Assembly: GCA_029261715.1 (NCBI GenBank)
Contig: JAJDAT010000035.1
Span: forward strand, 351 to 64,350
Length of the DNA: 64,000 bases
Origin: Nitrospinia bacterium
Lineage (GTDB): Bacteria; Nitrospinota; Nitrospinia; Nitrospinales; JAJDAT01
Reading direction: 5' to 3'
Positions 29,257 through 39,789 of the stretch are shown one piece after another. Every line of letters starts with the position of its first letter. Positions within the stretch are counted from its first letter, which is position 1. Below the pieces are notes generated by a model. The model worked only from the letters and a program-made list of their open reading frames with translations, was not told the origin of the DNA and searched no databases. Made by a program: the position numbers and the translations under genes.

Positions 29257-30582
29257 CTAAACCCTAAGTCCGCCTGTGACAAACCACCATGTCAATATGC
29301 TAGCGGCATAACCAAGAGCTATAACTGGAGCCCATTTTAAATGACTCATGAAAGTGTAGTTTTCGCTTTCAACCCCCATAACGGCAACTCCGGCAGCTGA
29401 ACCGATTGATAATAAGCTGCCTCCCACTCCACAAGTTAAAGTGATTAATAACCATTGGTCTAGCGCCATTGCTGGATCCATTTTTAGGACGGCAAACATG
29501 ATCGGGATATTGTCGACAATAGCGGATAGCACTCCCACCAAAATATTGGAATACGTTGGTCCTAAAGTTCCGTAAAGTCCCTCGCTGACCAGCGCTAAAT
29601 ACCCCATGTACTGCAAGGCTCCGACTGCGGTTAATATACCGAAGAAAAATAATAAGGTGTCGAATTCGACTCTTTCGATTTGTTTAAAAAGATCAAATCG
29701 CGGAGCTTTTCTTCTTTCTTCAGTAAGTCCGATTTTGGTTAGATACTTCATTTCACCCCATCGGTCTAAGTAGTAACCCTTTACCATTAAAAACCCCAAT
29801 CCAAACATCATGCCTAAAAATGGAGGCAAATGTAAGAATTGATGAAAGGATACGGCGGTTGCAACGGTACAAATACCTAGAGCGATTATAGTGTGAGCCC
29901 CCGGCTTCATTGTGACTTCTTCTTTGTCCGCAGTGGGGCGCTCATTTGGCACAAAGAAATACATAATTGTCGCTGGAATTACCCAGTTTACGATGGAAGG
30001 AATTACTAAATAAGAAAACTCCATCGTGCCAACTTTACCGGCAGTCCATACCATCAAAGTTGTGATATCCCCAAAGGGGCTCCATGCGCCGCCAGCGTTA
30101 GCGGCAACGACAATATTAACAAAGGCTGGAACAATAAACTTTCCGTTCCCAGAGCTAACCGCTAAGGCTACGGTGGACATAAGTAATGCGCTGGTTAAGT
30201 TGTCCGCTAAAGGCGATAACAGAAACGTAATTCCCCCCGTGGCCCAATATAGCTGGCGAAACCCAAGCCCTTTGTTAAGCAACCAAGACCTTAGGCAGCG
30301 GAACACGTTCCTTTCTTCTAATGTATTGATATACGTCATAGCGACTAGCAGAAAGAAAAATAGTTCTCCAATTTCCGCAATTAGATGCTTTAGAAAGTCG
30401 TGCGCGTGACTTTCATTTCCCATTTCGTAAACGCCTATGAGAAACCACATAAAGCAGCCGATAAGGACGACAGGCTTAGATTTTTTTAAGTGAATTTTTT
30501 CTTCTAATATGACAAGGGTGTATGCGCCTACAAATGCCAATAGAGATATATAACCCGCCCAAGTGTTGGTAAGCGATGCCAT
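29257..30582 (-). CDS. nhaD: Na+/H+ antiporter NhaD / ArsB-NhaD permease family
   Basis: 441-aa polytopic protein whose overall sequence pattern fits NhaD-type antiporters. The family call is from memory and is not motif-proven. Confidence 0.65.
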   Translation of the reverse strand: MASLTNTWAGYISLLAFVGAYTLVILEEKIHLKKSKPVVLIGCFMWFLIGVYEMGNESHAHDFLKHLIAEIGELFFFLLVAMTYINTLEERNVFRCLRSWLLNKGLGFRQLYWATGGITFLLSPLADNLTSALLMSTVALAVSSGNGKFIVPAFVNIVVAANAGGAWSPFGDITTLMVWTAGKVGTMEFSYLVIPSIVNWVIPATIMYFFVPNERPTADKEEVTMKPGAHTIIALGICTVATAVSFHQFLHLPPFLGMMFGLGFLMVKGYYLDRWGEMKYLTKIGLTEERRKAPRFDLFKQIERVEFDTLLFFFGILTAVGALQYMGYLALVSEGLYGTLGPTYSNILVGVLSAIVDNIPIMFAVLKMDPAMALDQWLLITLTCGVGGSLLSIGSAAGVAVMGVESENYTFMSHLKWAPVIALGYAASILTWWFVTGGLRV

Positions 30583-30978
30583 ATCAAGGCCCTTTCAAAG
30601 TTAAGGGGTTTATCGGAGAGTCGAGATGTACCAATAAGACCCGCCTAAACAAGAATAATGAGCCTTAAGACCCATTAGATTTTATTATGTTGTATAAGTT
30701 ATATGCTAATTCATAGTGATCAGAAATACAATGGCTTATTATCTCCATAGGGTATTAATTGTATGATTTTGAAAGACATTTTTTTAATTCCGAAAAAATA
30801 AACAAAAAAAGCTACTTTTTTTCCCAAAAATCATTCAAAAGATTAGACTTAGCTTTTACAGCTCAATGGGAGGAATAAAGTTGACTGTTCCCTAAATTGT
30901 GATAACATTCCAATGTTGATATTTGGTATTGATTTATCGAGTTTTATTTAATCGGCTAAACTTTAGGTCGCATAAATT

Positions 30979-31869
30979 TTGACCATAGAAAAATTTCTTT
31001 CTGACGGCAAGCAATTTGTCGATGAAGGATTGAACCGGTTATTGCCAAAAGAAGGCACGTATCCTGAAAGTATTCACCAGTCGATGCGTTATAGCGTACT
31101 TGCTGGCGGTAAAAGGTTACGTCCATTGCTTGTTATTGCGGCTGCTGAAGCTGTGGGAGGAAGTCGCGAATCTGTTCTTCCCTTTGCGGTCGCTGCGGAG
31201 TTAATTCATACCTATACGCTTATTCATGATGACCTTCCCGCGTTAGATGATGATAACCTGCGGCGGGGCAAACCGACGAACCACAAAGTATTTGGTGAAG
31301 CTATAGCGATACTCGCCGGGGACGCGCTTTTGACTCATGCGTTTTCCATAATGACGAACGCCGCTTTGATGGGATCGATACCAGAAAAAAATATTTTAAA
31401 AGCGTCCAACGAAATGGCTAAGGCCATGGGGTCTATGGGTGTTATTGGGGGGCAGGTAGTTGATATTGAGTCCGAAGGATCCCCGATAAATGCCGAAACG
31501 TTGGAATACATTCACATATACAAAACGGGGTTTTTATTTAGAGCTTGCATTCAGTGTGGCGCCGTTTTAAGCCAGGCCACTCCAGCTCAATTCAACTCAT
31601 TATCCCGTTATGGAGCTCATATAGGACTTGCCTTTCAGATTGTCGACGATATTCTTGACATTACTAGTGACAATGAAGTGTTAGGAAAGGATGTAGGAAG
31701 CGACTTAGAAAAAGGTAAGGCAACTTATCCAGCTTTGTTTGGGCTGGAGGAGTCGAAGAAAAAGGCAGAGTTGTTGGTTGATCAAGCTGTTGCCAGTTTA
31801 GATGATTTTGACGAGCGAGCAGAGCCTCTTCGAGGTATTGCTCGGTTTTTTGTAGAACGAACCTTTTAA
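30979..31869 (+). CDS. ispA: Polyprenyl (farnesyl/geranyl) diphosphate synthase
   Basis: First Asp-rich motif LIHDDLPALDDDNLRRGKPT and second motif IVDDILD. TTG start. Confidence 0.9.
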   Translation: MTIEKFLSDGKQFVDEGLNRLLPKEGTYPESIHQSMRYSVLAGGKRLRPLLVIAAAEAVGGSRESVLPFAVAAELIHTYTLIHDDLPALDDDNLRRGKPTNHKVFGEAIAILAGDALLTHAFSIMTNAALMGSIPEKNILKASNEMAKAMGSMGVIGGQVVDIESEGSPINAETLEYIHIYKTGFLFRACIQCGAVLSQATPAQFNSLSRYGAHIGLAFQIVDDILDITSDNEVLGKDVGSDLEKGKATYPALFGLEESKKKAELLVDQAVASLDDFDERAEPLRGIARFFVERTF

Positions 31870-31880
31870 TTGATATAGCC

Positions 31881-33875
31881 ATGACCAAATTTTTTGATAA
31901 CGTCAACAGCCCTAGCGATCTGAAAAAAATAAAGAGGGAGGACTTACCCGCAGTCGCAGAAGAGATTCGCCAAGTGCTGTTAGAGACGATTTCAAAGACT
32001 GGAGGACATTTAGCGTCAAACATGGGAGTCGTAGAGTTGACCATGGCTATGCATTACGTTTTTGATAACCCAACGGATAAGTTTGTATGGGATGTAGGTC
32101 ATCAGTCTTATGTGCATAAATTGTTGACGGGACGTAAAGATCGGTTTGATTCTTTGAGACAGTATGAAGGGTTGAGCGGTTTTACAAAAAGAGAAGAAAG
32201 CGAAAACGATCATTGGAATTGTGGGCATGGAGGCACCTCTATTTCGGCGGCTCTAGCGTTTGCGATGGCTCGCGATTTGAAAAAAGAAAAGAATAAGGTG
32301 TTAGCCGTTATTGGCGATGGTTCCTTGACTGCTGGAATGGCTTTGGAAGGTTTAAATCATACAGGTCATGTGAAAAACGATATGATTGTCGTTTTGAACG
32401 ATAATGAAATGGCGATAGCCCCCAATGTTGGCGGTATATCGGCGCATCTAAGTCAGATAATGACTGGCCAGGTCATGACTAAGATTAAACGACAAGTGGA
32501 TGAAATGTTGCTTTCCATTCCTGGAATCGGCAGGGACATTTCTCATTACGCCCATAAATTAGATGAAGCGATAAAAGGTGTTTTTATCCCTGGCAGGTTA
32601 TTCGAAGATTTAGGGTTTCGTTACATTGGTCCCGTAGAAGGCCACGATGTTGAAGCGTTGATTGAAGCGTTTAATTCCATTAAGGATCTGAAGGGCCCGA
32701 CGCTACTTCATGTGATTACCCAAAAAGGGAAAGGCTATAAAGTCGCCGAAGAAAACTCGTATGTTTGGCATGGAGCAAAGCCATTTGATATCGAAACGGG
32801 AGAGTTTCATAAGAAAACAGCAAATCCGGCTTACACCGCTGTTTTTGCGGAAGCGTTGATAGAGCTCGCTAGAGAAGATGAAAAAATAATTGGGATTACG
32901 GCAGCTATGCCTGATGGAACTGGAATCAATAAGTTCGAAAAAGAATTTCCAGATAGGACTGTCGATGTTGGGATGGCGGAACAACATGGAATTGGTTTTG
33001 CCGGCGGTTTATCGATTGAAGGATTTCGACCGGTTGCGGCGATTTACTCTACATTCCTTCAACGCGCTTACGATCAAGTAGTTCATGACATTTGTTTGAT
33101 GAATTTGTCAATGACCTTTGCTATGGATCGAGCGGGAGTTGTAGGAGAAGATGGCCCGACTCATCAAGGTATGTATGACATTGCCTATCTAAGGACATTG
33201 CCAAATATGGTGGTGATGGCTCCTAAGGATGAAAATGAATTAAGGCATATGTTAAAGACATGTATCTACCACGAAGGCCCCGCCGCTTTACGCTATCCGC
33301 GTGGATCTGGTTTGGGCGTGGAAATTGATAAAGAGATGAAATCCCTCGAAATTGGGAAAGCGGAAGTATTGCGCGATGGAAAAGACATCGCTCTCTTTGC
33401 ATATGGTCATATGGTTCAAACAAGTTTAGAAGCCGCTGATAACTTAGAAAAAGAAGGATTGAGTGTAGCCGTAATTAACGCACGCTTTGCCAAGCCTATC
33501 GATAAAGATATGTTGTCAAAATATGTGAAATCCGTTGGTCAAATTGTAACGGTGGAAGAACACGCGTTGGATGGAGGCTTTGGTAGCGCGGTAATGGAAG
33601 CGTTAGAAGAGTTAGACATTTTATCAAGCGTTAGAGTCAAGAGAATTGGCGTTCCCGATATTGTTGTAGAACATGGAGCTCCTAAAATAATCCGGAAAGA
33701 TCTGAAGCTGGATACCGAAGGAGTTACGGAAACCATTTTGGAATTTATTCAAAAAGGTCAAGCGGCCTCATCCCAACCAAAAAATGGGAAAAAGGGATAT
33801 TCCAGCAACGGCAAAGCTCAATCGGCAAACGGCAAAAAGAGCCCATTAGAAGTAAAGCAAATTGTCAATGGGTAG
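31881..33875 (+). CDS. dxs: 1-deoxy-D-xylulose-5-phosphate synthase
   Basis: GHQSYVHKLLTGR and IGDGSLTAGMALEGLNH (ThDP motif). It carries an unusual K/G/S-rich tail of about 35 aa. Confidence 0.95.
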   Translation: MTKFFDNVNSPSDLKKIKREDLPAVAEEIRQVLLETISKTGGHLASNMGVVELTMAMHYVFDNPTDKFVWDVGHQSYVHKLLTGRKDRFDSLRQYEGLSGFTKREESENDHWNCGHGGTSISAALAFAMARDLKKEKNKVLAVIGDGSLTAGMALEGLNHTGHVKNDMIVVLNDNEMAIAPNVGGISAHLSQIMTGQVMTKIKRQVDEMLLSIPGIGRDISHYAHKLDEAIKGVFIPGRLFEDLGFRYIGPVEGHDVEALIEAFNSIKDLKGPTLLHVITQKGKGYKVAEENSYVWHGAKPFDIETGEFHKKTANPAYTAVFAEALIELAREDEKIIGITAAMPDGTGINKFEKEFPDRTVDVGMAEQHGIGFAGGLSIEGFRPVAAIYSTFLQRAYDQVVHDICLMNLSMTFAMDRAGVVGEDGPTHQGMYDIAYLRTLPNMVVMAPKDENELRHMLKTCIYHEGPAALRYPRGSGLGVEIDKEMKSLEIGKAEVLRDGKDIALFAYGHMVQTSLEAADNLEKEGLSVAVINARFAKPIDKDMLSKYVKSVGQIVTVEEHALDGGFGSAVMEALEELDILSSVRVKRIGVPDIVVEHGAPKIIRKDLKLDTEGVTETILEFIQKGQAASSQPKNGKKGYSSNGKAQSANGKKSPLEVKQIVNG

Positions 33876-34455
33876 AACCGCTGAAGTCGAACGGTCTACA
33901 GGGGAAACCCAAATAAAAGTTTCCGTCAACCTAGACGGGACGGGCCGCTCTGAAATTAATACCCCCATTCCTTTCCTTTCCCACATGCTCGATCAAGTCT
34001 CTCGTCATGGATATTTTGACCTGAACGTTCAGGCAAAAGGCGATACTGAAATCGATGGACACCACACCGTTGAAGATGTTGGCATCACTCTGGGATTGGC
34101 ATTTCAAAAAGCGTTAGGCGATAAAAAAGGCATCAAGCGTTTTTCAGATATTCGAGTTCCGTTAAATGAAGCGTTAGCGGAATGTGTTATCGATATCAGT
34201 GGACGCGCTTTTTTTGTGTTCAACGCAGATTTACCGAAAACTAAAATCGGCGATTTTGATGTTGAGTTGGTCGCCGAATTTTTTCAGGCGTTTTCGGCCA
34301 ATAGTGGAACTACCCTCCACATTGGTTGCGCCTACTACCAAAATTTGCATCATGCGGTAGAAGCTATGTTCAAAGCTTTTGCTCGCGCTCTCGATGCGGC
34401 GGTAGCTATCGACTCCAGGTCGGATAGAGTTCCCTCGACAAAAGGAACATTGTAG
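33868..34455 (+). CDS. hisB: Imidazoleglycerol-phosphate dehydratase
   Basis: HHTVEDVGITLG and ...HHAVEAMFKAF motifs. ATG 33868 overlaps the end of dxs. Confidence 0.9.
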   Translation: MGRTAEVERSTGETQIKVSVNLDGTGRSEINTPIPFLSHMLDQVSRHGYFDLNVQAKGDTEIDGHHTVEDVGITLGLAFQKALGDKKGIKRFSDIRVPLNEALAECVIDISGRAFFVFNADLPKTKIGDFDVELVAEFFQAFSANSGTTLHIGCAYYQNLHHAVEAMFKAFARALDAAVAIDSRSDRVPSTKGTL

Positions 34456-35076
34456 GTGATTGCCATTGTCGATTATGGCATGGGCAACCTCCGATCTGTC
34501 GAAAACGGTTTAAAGGCTATCGGGGTCGAAGGCAAAGCCACCAGTAACCCCCAAGATATTCTGAACGCAAAAGCGGTCATATTACCCGGAGTTGGCGCGT
34601 TTAAAGATTGCATGGCCAACCTCGAAAAATTTGATCTAATTGATTGCGTTCAAAAAACGGCGCAAAGCGGAAAACCATTTTTGGGTATTTGTTTGGGACT
34701 ACAATTGCTTTTTTCCGAAAGCGAAGAGTTTGGCTCCCATGGTGGTTTGAATATTATTCCTGGAAAAGTTAAAAAATTTCAATTCTCGGAAGAGAATCGG
34801 GAGTTGAAAATCCCCCATATGGGATGGAACCAAGTAAAGTTTCAAACTCAATCTACTTTGTTTGAAGGCGTTCCAGACGACTCCTATTTTTATTTTGTCC
34901 ATTCCTATTATGTCGATCCAGACGACAAGAATGTCGTTGCAGCTACGACAAATTATGGCGGTGATTTTGTTTGCGGAATTCGAAAAGACAATGTTTACGC
35001 TTTTCAGTTTCATCCGGAAAAAAGTCAAAAGCTAGGTCTTACGCTCCTAAAAAACTTTTCCGACCTCTCGCAGTAA
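34456..35076 (+). CDS. hisH: Imidazole glycerol phosphate synthase, glutaminase subunit
   Basis: GVGAF, the catalytic Cys in LGICLGLQLL, and HSYY. GTG start directly after the hisB stop. Confidence 0.9.
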   Translation: MIAIVDYGMGNLRSVENGLKAIGVEGKATSNPQDILNAKAVILPGVGAFKDCMANLEKFDLIDCVQKTAQSGKPFLGICLGLQLLFSESEEFGSHGGLNIIPGKVKKFQFSEENRELKIPHMGWNQVKFQTQSTLFEGVPDDSYFYFVHSYYVDPDDKNVVAATTNYGGDFVCGIRKDNVYAFQFHPEKSQKLGLTLLKNFSDLSQ

Positions 35077-35141
35077 AAAGGAACGGCAAATAGCCTCAAT
35101 GTTCCTACTTTGCGCCAAATCTCCAATCGCCTCAAGTTAAT

Positions 35142-36035
35142 ATGAGCGAGACCAAAGCAAACTATTTAAAAGGAATTTCCTTTGGAATGGTCACTTGCTT
35201 GCTCTGGGGAATCTTGCCAGTCATGCTCAAGATAGCGTTGGAGGATTTTTCCAGTTCCACGATTATTTGGTTTCGCTTCGCTTTTTCATTTTTTGTTTTG
35301 TTGGTTTATCTTTCCTGGATAAACAAAAAACCATTTACCATAATCACTCGGCCGCCAGCGTTAGGATTGCTAGCCGGGGTATGTCTTGCGGCTAATTATT
35401 ATTACTTCATGGTAGGTTTGGAATTAAGCGGGCCTTCTAACACGGCTGTGGTTATTCAGATTGCTCCTTTATTGGTGGTCATAGCGGGAACTATTTTATT
35501 TAAGGAACGCTTTGATAAAGGAAAACAATTTGGAGTATTGCTGGCGATAATGGGATTTGTCGGGTTTTATTTTGATCAAAGAAGCCATGCAGCAAATCCA
35601 GATCAGTATTTCATCGCTAATGGAAATATAGTTTTTTCGGCAATTGTTTGGGCGATTTATGCCGTTGCTATGAAGCGGTTAACTGGTAAACATGAAGCTC
35701 AAAATTTAAATTTTTTGGTCTATGGACTTGCTGCGATTGTTTTGATGCCTGGAACGCAATGGACGGAACTGGCAAAAGCAGATGGGGTCGGTTGGCTTCT
35801 TCTCGTTTTGTTAGGTCTAAATACAGTTTTAGCGTACGGCAGTTTATTAGAAGCTTTGAAGTATATTCCCTTAAGCCATATTAGTATGATTACAGCCCTC
35901 AACCCTTTTGTCACAATGACGACCATGGCAGTCGTTAGTTGGTTTGGTTTTACAGAACCCGAACAAATTACAACATTAGGGTATGCCGGGGCCACGCTTG
36001 CTATATCAGGCGTTGCCTGGGTTGTCGGTAAATAA
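35142..36035 (+). CDS. EamA/DMT family transporter
   Basis: Ten predicted TM helices with a duplicated EamA-type architecture. Confidence 0.75.
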   Translation: MSETKANYLKGISFGMVTCLLWGILPVMLKIALEDFSSSTIIWFRFAFSFFVLLVYLSWINKKPFTIITRPPALGLLAGVCLAANYYYFMVGLELSGPSNTAVVIQIAPLLVVIAGTILFKERFDKGKQFGVLLAIMGFVGFYFDQRSHAANPDQYFIANGNIVFSAIVWAIYAVAMKRLTGKHEAQNLNFLVYGLAAIVLMPGTQWTELAKADGVGWLLLVLLGLNTVLAYGSLLEALKYIPLSHISMITALNPFVTMTTMAVVSWFGFTEPEQITTLGYAGATLAISGVAWVVGK

Positions 36036-36048
36036 AAAAAGTTTTTTT

Positions 36049-37041
36049 CTAACTAGCTTTTAGACCGGTGACCACGCCTGTTGGAATAGCGGTCACTCGA
36101 AAGTGACGGATTTCTTGAACTCCATTTTCTTCCAACCAACGGACTTTCTCGGCAACCGGGTGTGCGTTACCGCCCTCCGTAAGCAACCCAATATTTAAAC
36201 TAAAGATTACGTCTTCTAGAGGTCCCGTTAAAGCTTCATCGGCGCAAAACCCATGGATAATAATTCTTCCTCCAGGTTTTAAAACGGCGATAGCTTTTTT
36301 TAGAGTCGTTTGCGCCCAATCGGCGTCGTACATATGCAAAATATTAGCAAGCAAAACTAAGTCGTAGCCTTCTCCAAGTGAGTCTTTTCCAATATCCCCA
36401 GGCCGGGTCGCTACTCGGTCTTCCAGGCCATATTTTTTAATATATTTTTTGGTGATTTCCAAAACTTGAGGAATATCCATAACTGTCGCTTTTAAATCGG
36501 GATGTTTTTTGGCCCACTCCAGGGCATAAGTTCCTGGGCCGCCGCCAATGTCGAGCATCGAACGAGCGTTCCCCAGGGGCAACTCGTTAGCCAGCATTTC
36601 TGTCGCTTTAATGGCTTTTTCGTGCATAGAGTCCGTAAAATTTTCCATTCGTTCAGGGTCGGTTCCTAAAACATCCATGATTCGTTTAACCATTTTTCCG
36701 TTTTGGACGAAATCAGGTAACTGATTCCAAATTGGAAACAAATCAGAAGATAGCCGCATCCATTGATTCATGGAGTGTTCACCCGAGGATGTTAAATAGG
36801 ATGCCATGTTTGCAGGCAATTGATATAACGAGCCTCGTTTTTGAAGAAGTTCCAATCCGCATAGAGCGTTTAACAAGCGTTCGGCGCCTTTTAAGGATAG
36901 CTTCAAAACGTTTGAAATATCCTCAGCTGAAGAGGGATTTCCTTCCAAATGATCAAAAATCTTATGTTGATTAGCCGTCAAAATGATGAGAGATTTTTGG
37001 TATCCACTTAATAAGTCATTGATATATTTTCCCGTTTCCAT
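36049..37041 (-). CDS. O-methyltransferase family 2 (dimerisation domain + SAM-binding domain)
   Basis: LDIGGGPGTY motif I and an N-terminal winged-helix dimerisation region. I prefer ATG 37041 after AGGAAA to the listed TTG 37065. Confidence 0.8.
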   Translation of the reverse strand: METGKYINDLLSGYQKSLIILTANQHKIFDHLEGNPSSAEDISNVLKLSLKGAERLLNALCGLELLQKRGSLYQLPANMASYLTSSGEHSMNQWMRLSSDLFPIWNQLPDFVQNGKMVKRIMDVLGTDPERMENFTDSMHEKAIKATEMLANELPLGNARSMLDIGGGPGTYALEWAKKHPDLKATVMDIPQVLEITKKYIKKYGLEDRVATRPGDIGKDSLGEGYDLVLLANILHMYDADWAQTTLKKAIAVLKPGGRIIIHGFCADEALTGPLEDVIFSLNIGLLTEGGNAHPVAEKVRWLEENGVQEIRHFRVTAIPTGVVTGLKAS

Positions 37042-37199
37042 GTTTTTTTCCTGTAAAGGTTGCAAATTTAATAAATGAGCCCATATTGTAGTGAGTAGGA
37101 AAAATCCTATGATTTTTGGATAGTGCTTTTTTGGAGATTACCAGATAAGGAAAAGAAATTTTTAAAAAGATAGAGAATTAAAAAGCCAAAGAGGTCCGT

Positions 37200-37748
37200 A
37201 TGAGGACAAATCGCGTGGTTTTAGGGTTGGTTTTTGGGATCGTTTTTTTAGGATTCCAGGGGGTTGTTTTTGCGTCATCAGACGAAGTAAAGAAGCAAGT
37301 GTTGTTGGTTGCTTTTAAAGCTCCTGATTTTGACGGGCATAAAAATTGGATCAATTCGCCCGGATACAAATCGATGGATGAACTACACGGAAAAGTTGTC
37401 CTAATAAATTTATGGACCTCATCTTGTCATTCCTGTGTCCAGACTTTTTCTCATATCCAAGGTTGGCACGAGTCTTATAAGAATAAAGGACTGACTGTAA
37501 TTGGCGTTCACCCACCAGAATTTGGCGCCGCACGGGATATGGAAGATTTAGTTTGGACTGCTAGGGAGAGAGGCTTGACGTTCCCGATTGTTCAAGATAA
37601 CGGTTTCAAGCTTTGGAAAAAATACGGAAACCGAATCTGGCCAGCTCTATTTTTAATCGATAAAACTGGCCAAGTCCGGTATTCGCACATGGGCAAAGGC
37701 AATTACCAAAAAACCGAATCCATCATCGTCCAGCTATTGAACGAGTAA
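37200..37748 (+). CDS. Secreted thioredoxin-fold redoxin (CxxC thiol-disulfide oxidoreductase)
   Basis: Signal peptide, WTSSCHSC active site, and an AhpC/TSA-redoxin-like length. Confidence 0.8.
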   Translation: MRTNRVVLGLVFGIVFLGFQGVVFASSDEVKKQVLLVAFKAPDFDGHKNWINSPGYKSMDELHGKVVLINLWTSSCHSCVQTFSHIQGWHESYKNKGLTVIGVHPPEFGAARDMEDLVWTARERGLTFPIVQDNGFKLWKKYGNRIWPALFLIDKTGQVRYSHMGKGNYQKTESIIVQLLNE

Positions 37749-38013
37749 AAAGAAAAAACTGTCACACTGAAAAAAAATGTCATGGTGAGCCTGTCGAACC
37801 ACGACCACCATTTTGTTTTGAAGAGTTAAACGCGAATTAAAGTTTACTTAGTGCGAACCAGTCCCTACTGCATGCCATCCTGAAGCTAACCTTTAGGTTA
37901 GGTGAAGGATCTCGCCTCGATTCAATAAATTTTTGGTTAATGAATCGCACTTTTGTTTTTTCTGTGTTTTTCGTAGCTTGCCCTGATGCACGCGAAGGGT
38001 GTTCTGTGGCGAA

Positions 38014-39789
38014 CTAATCTTTGCTAGGTGGTGGGGTGGGTTTGAAGTCGTCCAGCTTACTGGGGATTTCATCGAGGAAGCGTTCTTTGATTTTGTAGAC
38101 AGACGGTTTACCTTCTGCTTGCGCATAGTAAAGAGCGTCTTCTGTTTTCTTACCTACCTTCACGTGGGCAAGTTGTTTTTTGTCTTTATCCCAAACGGTG
38201 ACTTCCAATTTGGGTTTATTCAATCCTGTTGTCTCTTCGGTTAGCGTCGCTTCGATAATCTCGACGAACTCCAAGTTGTTGAGAGTCCACAATACGTCTC
38301 TCGCCTTAAAGGATTTCATGTCATCCATTTTCTCAGGCTTGGTTAAGGACCAATCGTCTCCAGACGCGACCAGTTCAAAAGTTTGATCTTGGTATTTCAG
38401 TTCGATCTTTGTCGCCTCGTCCATTTTTAGAGAAACCAGGCTTTTGTTCCGTAACTCATGGAGTGTTCTAAAAATTTTATCGAGCGAATCCTTTTTAACC
38501 GTAAAAATGGATGACTCGCCGGACCGCATTGCGAAGAAAGTTCCCGTCGCTAATGTTTCTTTGCCAATAAGTAACGTTTGTTTACCTTTATCTTTTAAGC
38601 TAATGCCAAAGGATTTTTGTGGAGAATCTAGACCGTAAGTCTTTAAGTTTTCAGCTTTGCCAATTACGTATTCTACAACTTGAGCGTCGGAGAGATCGAA
38701 TAGCAAGCTATTGATAGTTGCCGTGTCGGTTGAAGTTTGGATGGGTTCTTCTAATTTCCAATCCGCGTCTTTTTCGCCTTTATTGACAACTCTAATAGTT
38801 TCGCTTTGGGTTTTAATTTCGAACCCCGTTGCGTCTTCTTTAGCAAAGTCGAAAAGTTTTTTACTTAAAAAGTCTAACGGATCTTTTGGGAACTTTACAA
38901 CTAAAGCAGTTTCTAACGCGAAGACGTTTTTGGAAGCTTCGGTTTTGGCGTAATGAGTATCGCCCTTTTTAGAACCGATCAAGAGGACATGGGATTTTGC
39001 GTCGTCTTTTTCGTTGAGCGTGATTTTTATTTCTGGATTTTCCAACCCAAACAGAGCGAGATCTTTCGGATCTTCTTCTTCGAAGGATTTGATTTTTCCG
39101 ACATCAATTGAACTGAGTAAATTACGTACTTCGGAAGTTTCAGCTTTTGAATTCAGCTCCCCACTTTTAACGGTCCAGTTATTTTCTTTCTTTTCGAATC
39201 CAATTGTTATGTTTTCGCGTTCGACATTTATTTTTGAAATGGAACCCGTGGAAAAATCTAAAATAGTTTTATCTCGTAAATCATAGAGGGATTTTGTTAA
39301 ATCCTTACGGGAGACTGATGATAACAACACCGCTGGTTTATCGCTTAGTTTTATGTAAAGGGATGAACCTATTGGAGAATTGTCGCCTACAAGTATAGAG
39401 GTGTTGCCTTTTTCTTTGAGACCAAGAGTGAGCGTGAGTTTGGGGTCTTTCAATCCAAAGGAAGATAAGTCTTTTGGAGCTTCGTCTACGACTCGGCTAT
39501 GCTTTGCGGTCTTTAACGTATTGAGGAGATTGGTCACCTCGTCTTCATCTGATTTGGCTTTGATTGGTTCTACAACTTTCCAATAATCGCCGTTTTTTTG
39601 AAGGCTAATTTTAGAACCGACCAAAGATAGAGTTAGGTTGGTTACGTTCTTCTCGTCAAATAAAACGATTTTTTCGGATCGTTCTTTACTCTCTTTTTTT
39701 TTCTTTTCAGTGGGGATGTCGACCAAAAAGTAGTATGACCCTATAGCGGCCAGGGCCAAGGTCATCCCCAGAGCGCCTTTAAATTTCAT
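38014..39789 (-). CDS. DUF4340 domain protein (accessory component of the GldG-type ABC system)
   Basis: I prefer ATG 39789, which overlaps the gldG stop (ATGA). N-terminal TM helix, repeated DUF4340-like modules, and the canonical fourth position in ABC-ATPase/ABC-2/GldG/DUF4340 clusters. Confidence 0.75.
   Translation of the reverse strand: MKFKGALGMTLALAAIGSYYFLVDIPTEKKKKESKERSEKIVLFDEKNVTNLTLSLVGSKISLQKNGDYWKVVEPIKAKSDEDEVTNLLNTLKTAKHSRVVDEAPKDLSSFGLKDPKLTLTLGLKEKGNTSILVGDNSPIGSSLYIKLSDKPAVLLSSVSRKDLTKSLYDLRDKTILDFSTGSISKINVERENITIGFEKKENNWTVKSGELNSKAETSEVRNLLSSIDVGKIKSFEEEDPKDLALFGLENPEIKITLNEKDDAKSHVLLIGSKKGDTHYAKTEASKNVFALETALVVKFPKDPLDFLSKKLFDFAKEDATGFEIKTQSETIRVVNKGEKDADWKLEEPIQTSTDTATINSLLFDLSDAQVVEYVIGKAENLKTYGLDSPQKSFGISLKDKGKQTLLIGKETLATGTFFAMRSGESSIFTVKKDSLDKIFRTLHELRNKSLVSLKMDEATKIELKYQDQTFELVASGDDWSLTKPEKMDDMKSFKARDVLWTLNNLEFVEIIEATLTEETTGLNKPKLEVTVWDKDKKQLAHVKVGKKTEDALYYAQAEGKPSVYKIKERFLDEIPSKLDDFKPTPPPSKD

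Noticed and set aside
33760-33875. K/G/S/N-rich ~35-aa C-terminal tail on Dxs that overlaps the hisB start
   Set aside because: It is a low-complexity extension with no motif, probably a tolerated read-on to the next stop. It is not evidence of a new function.
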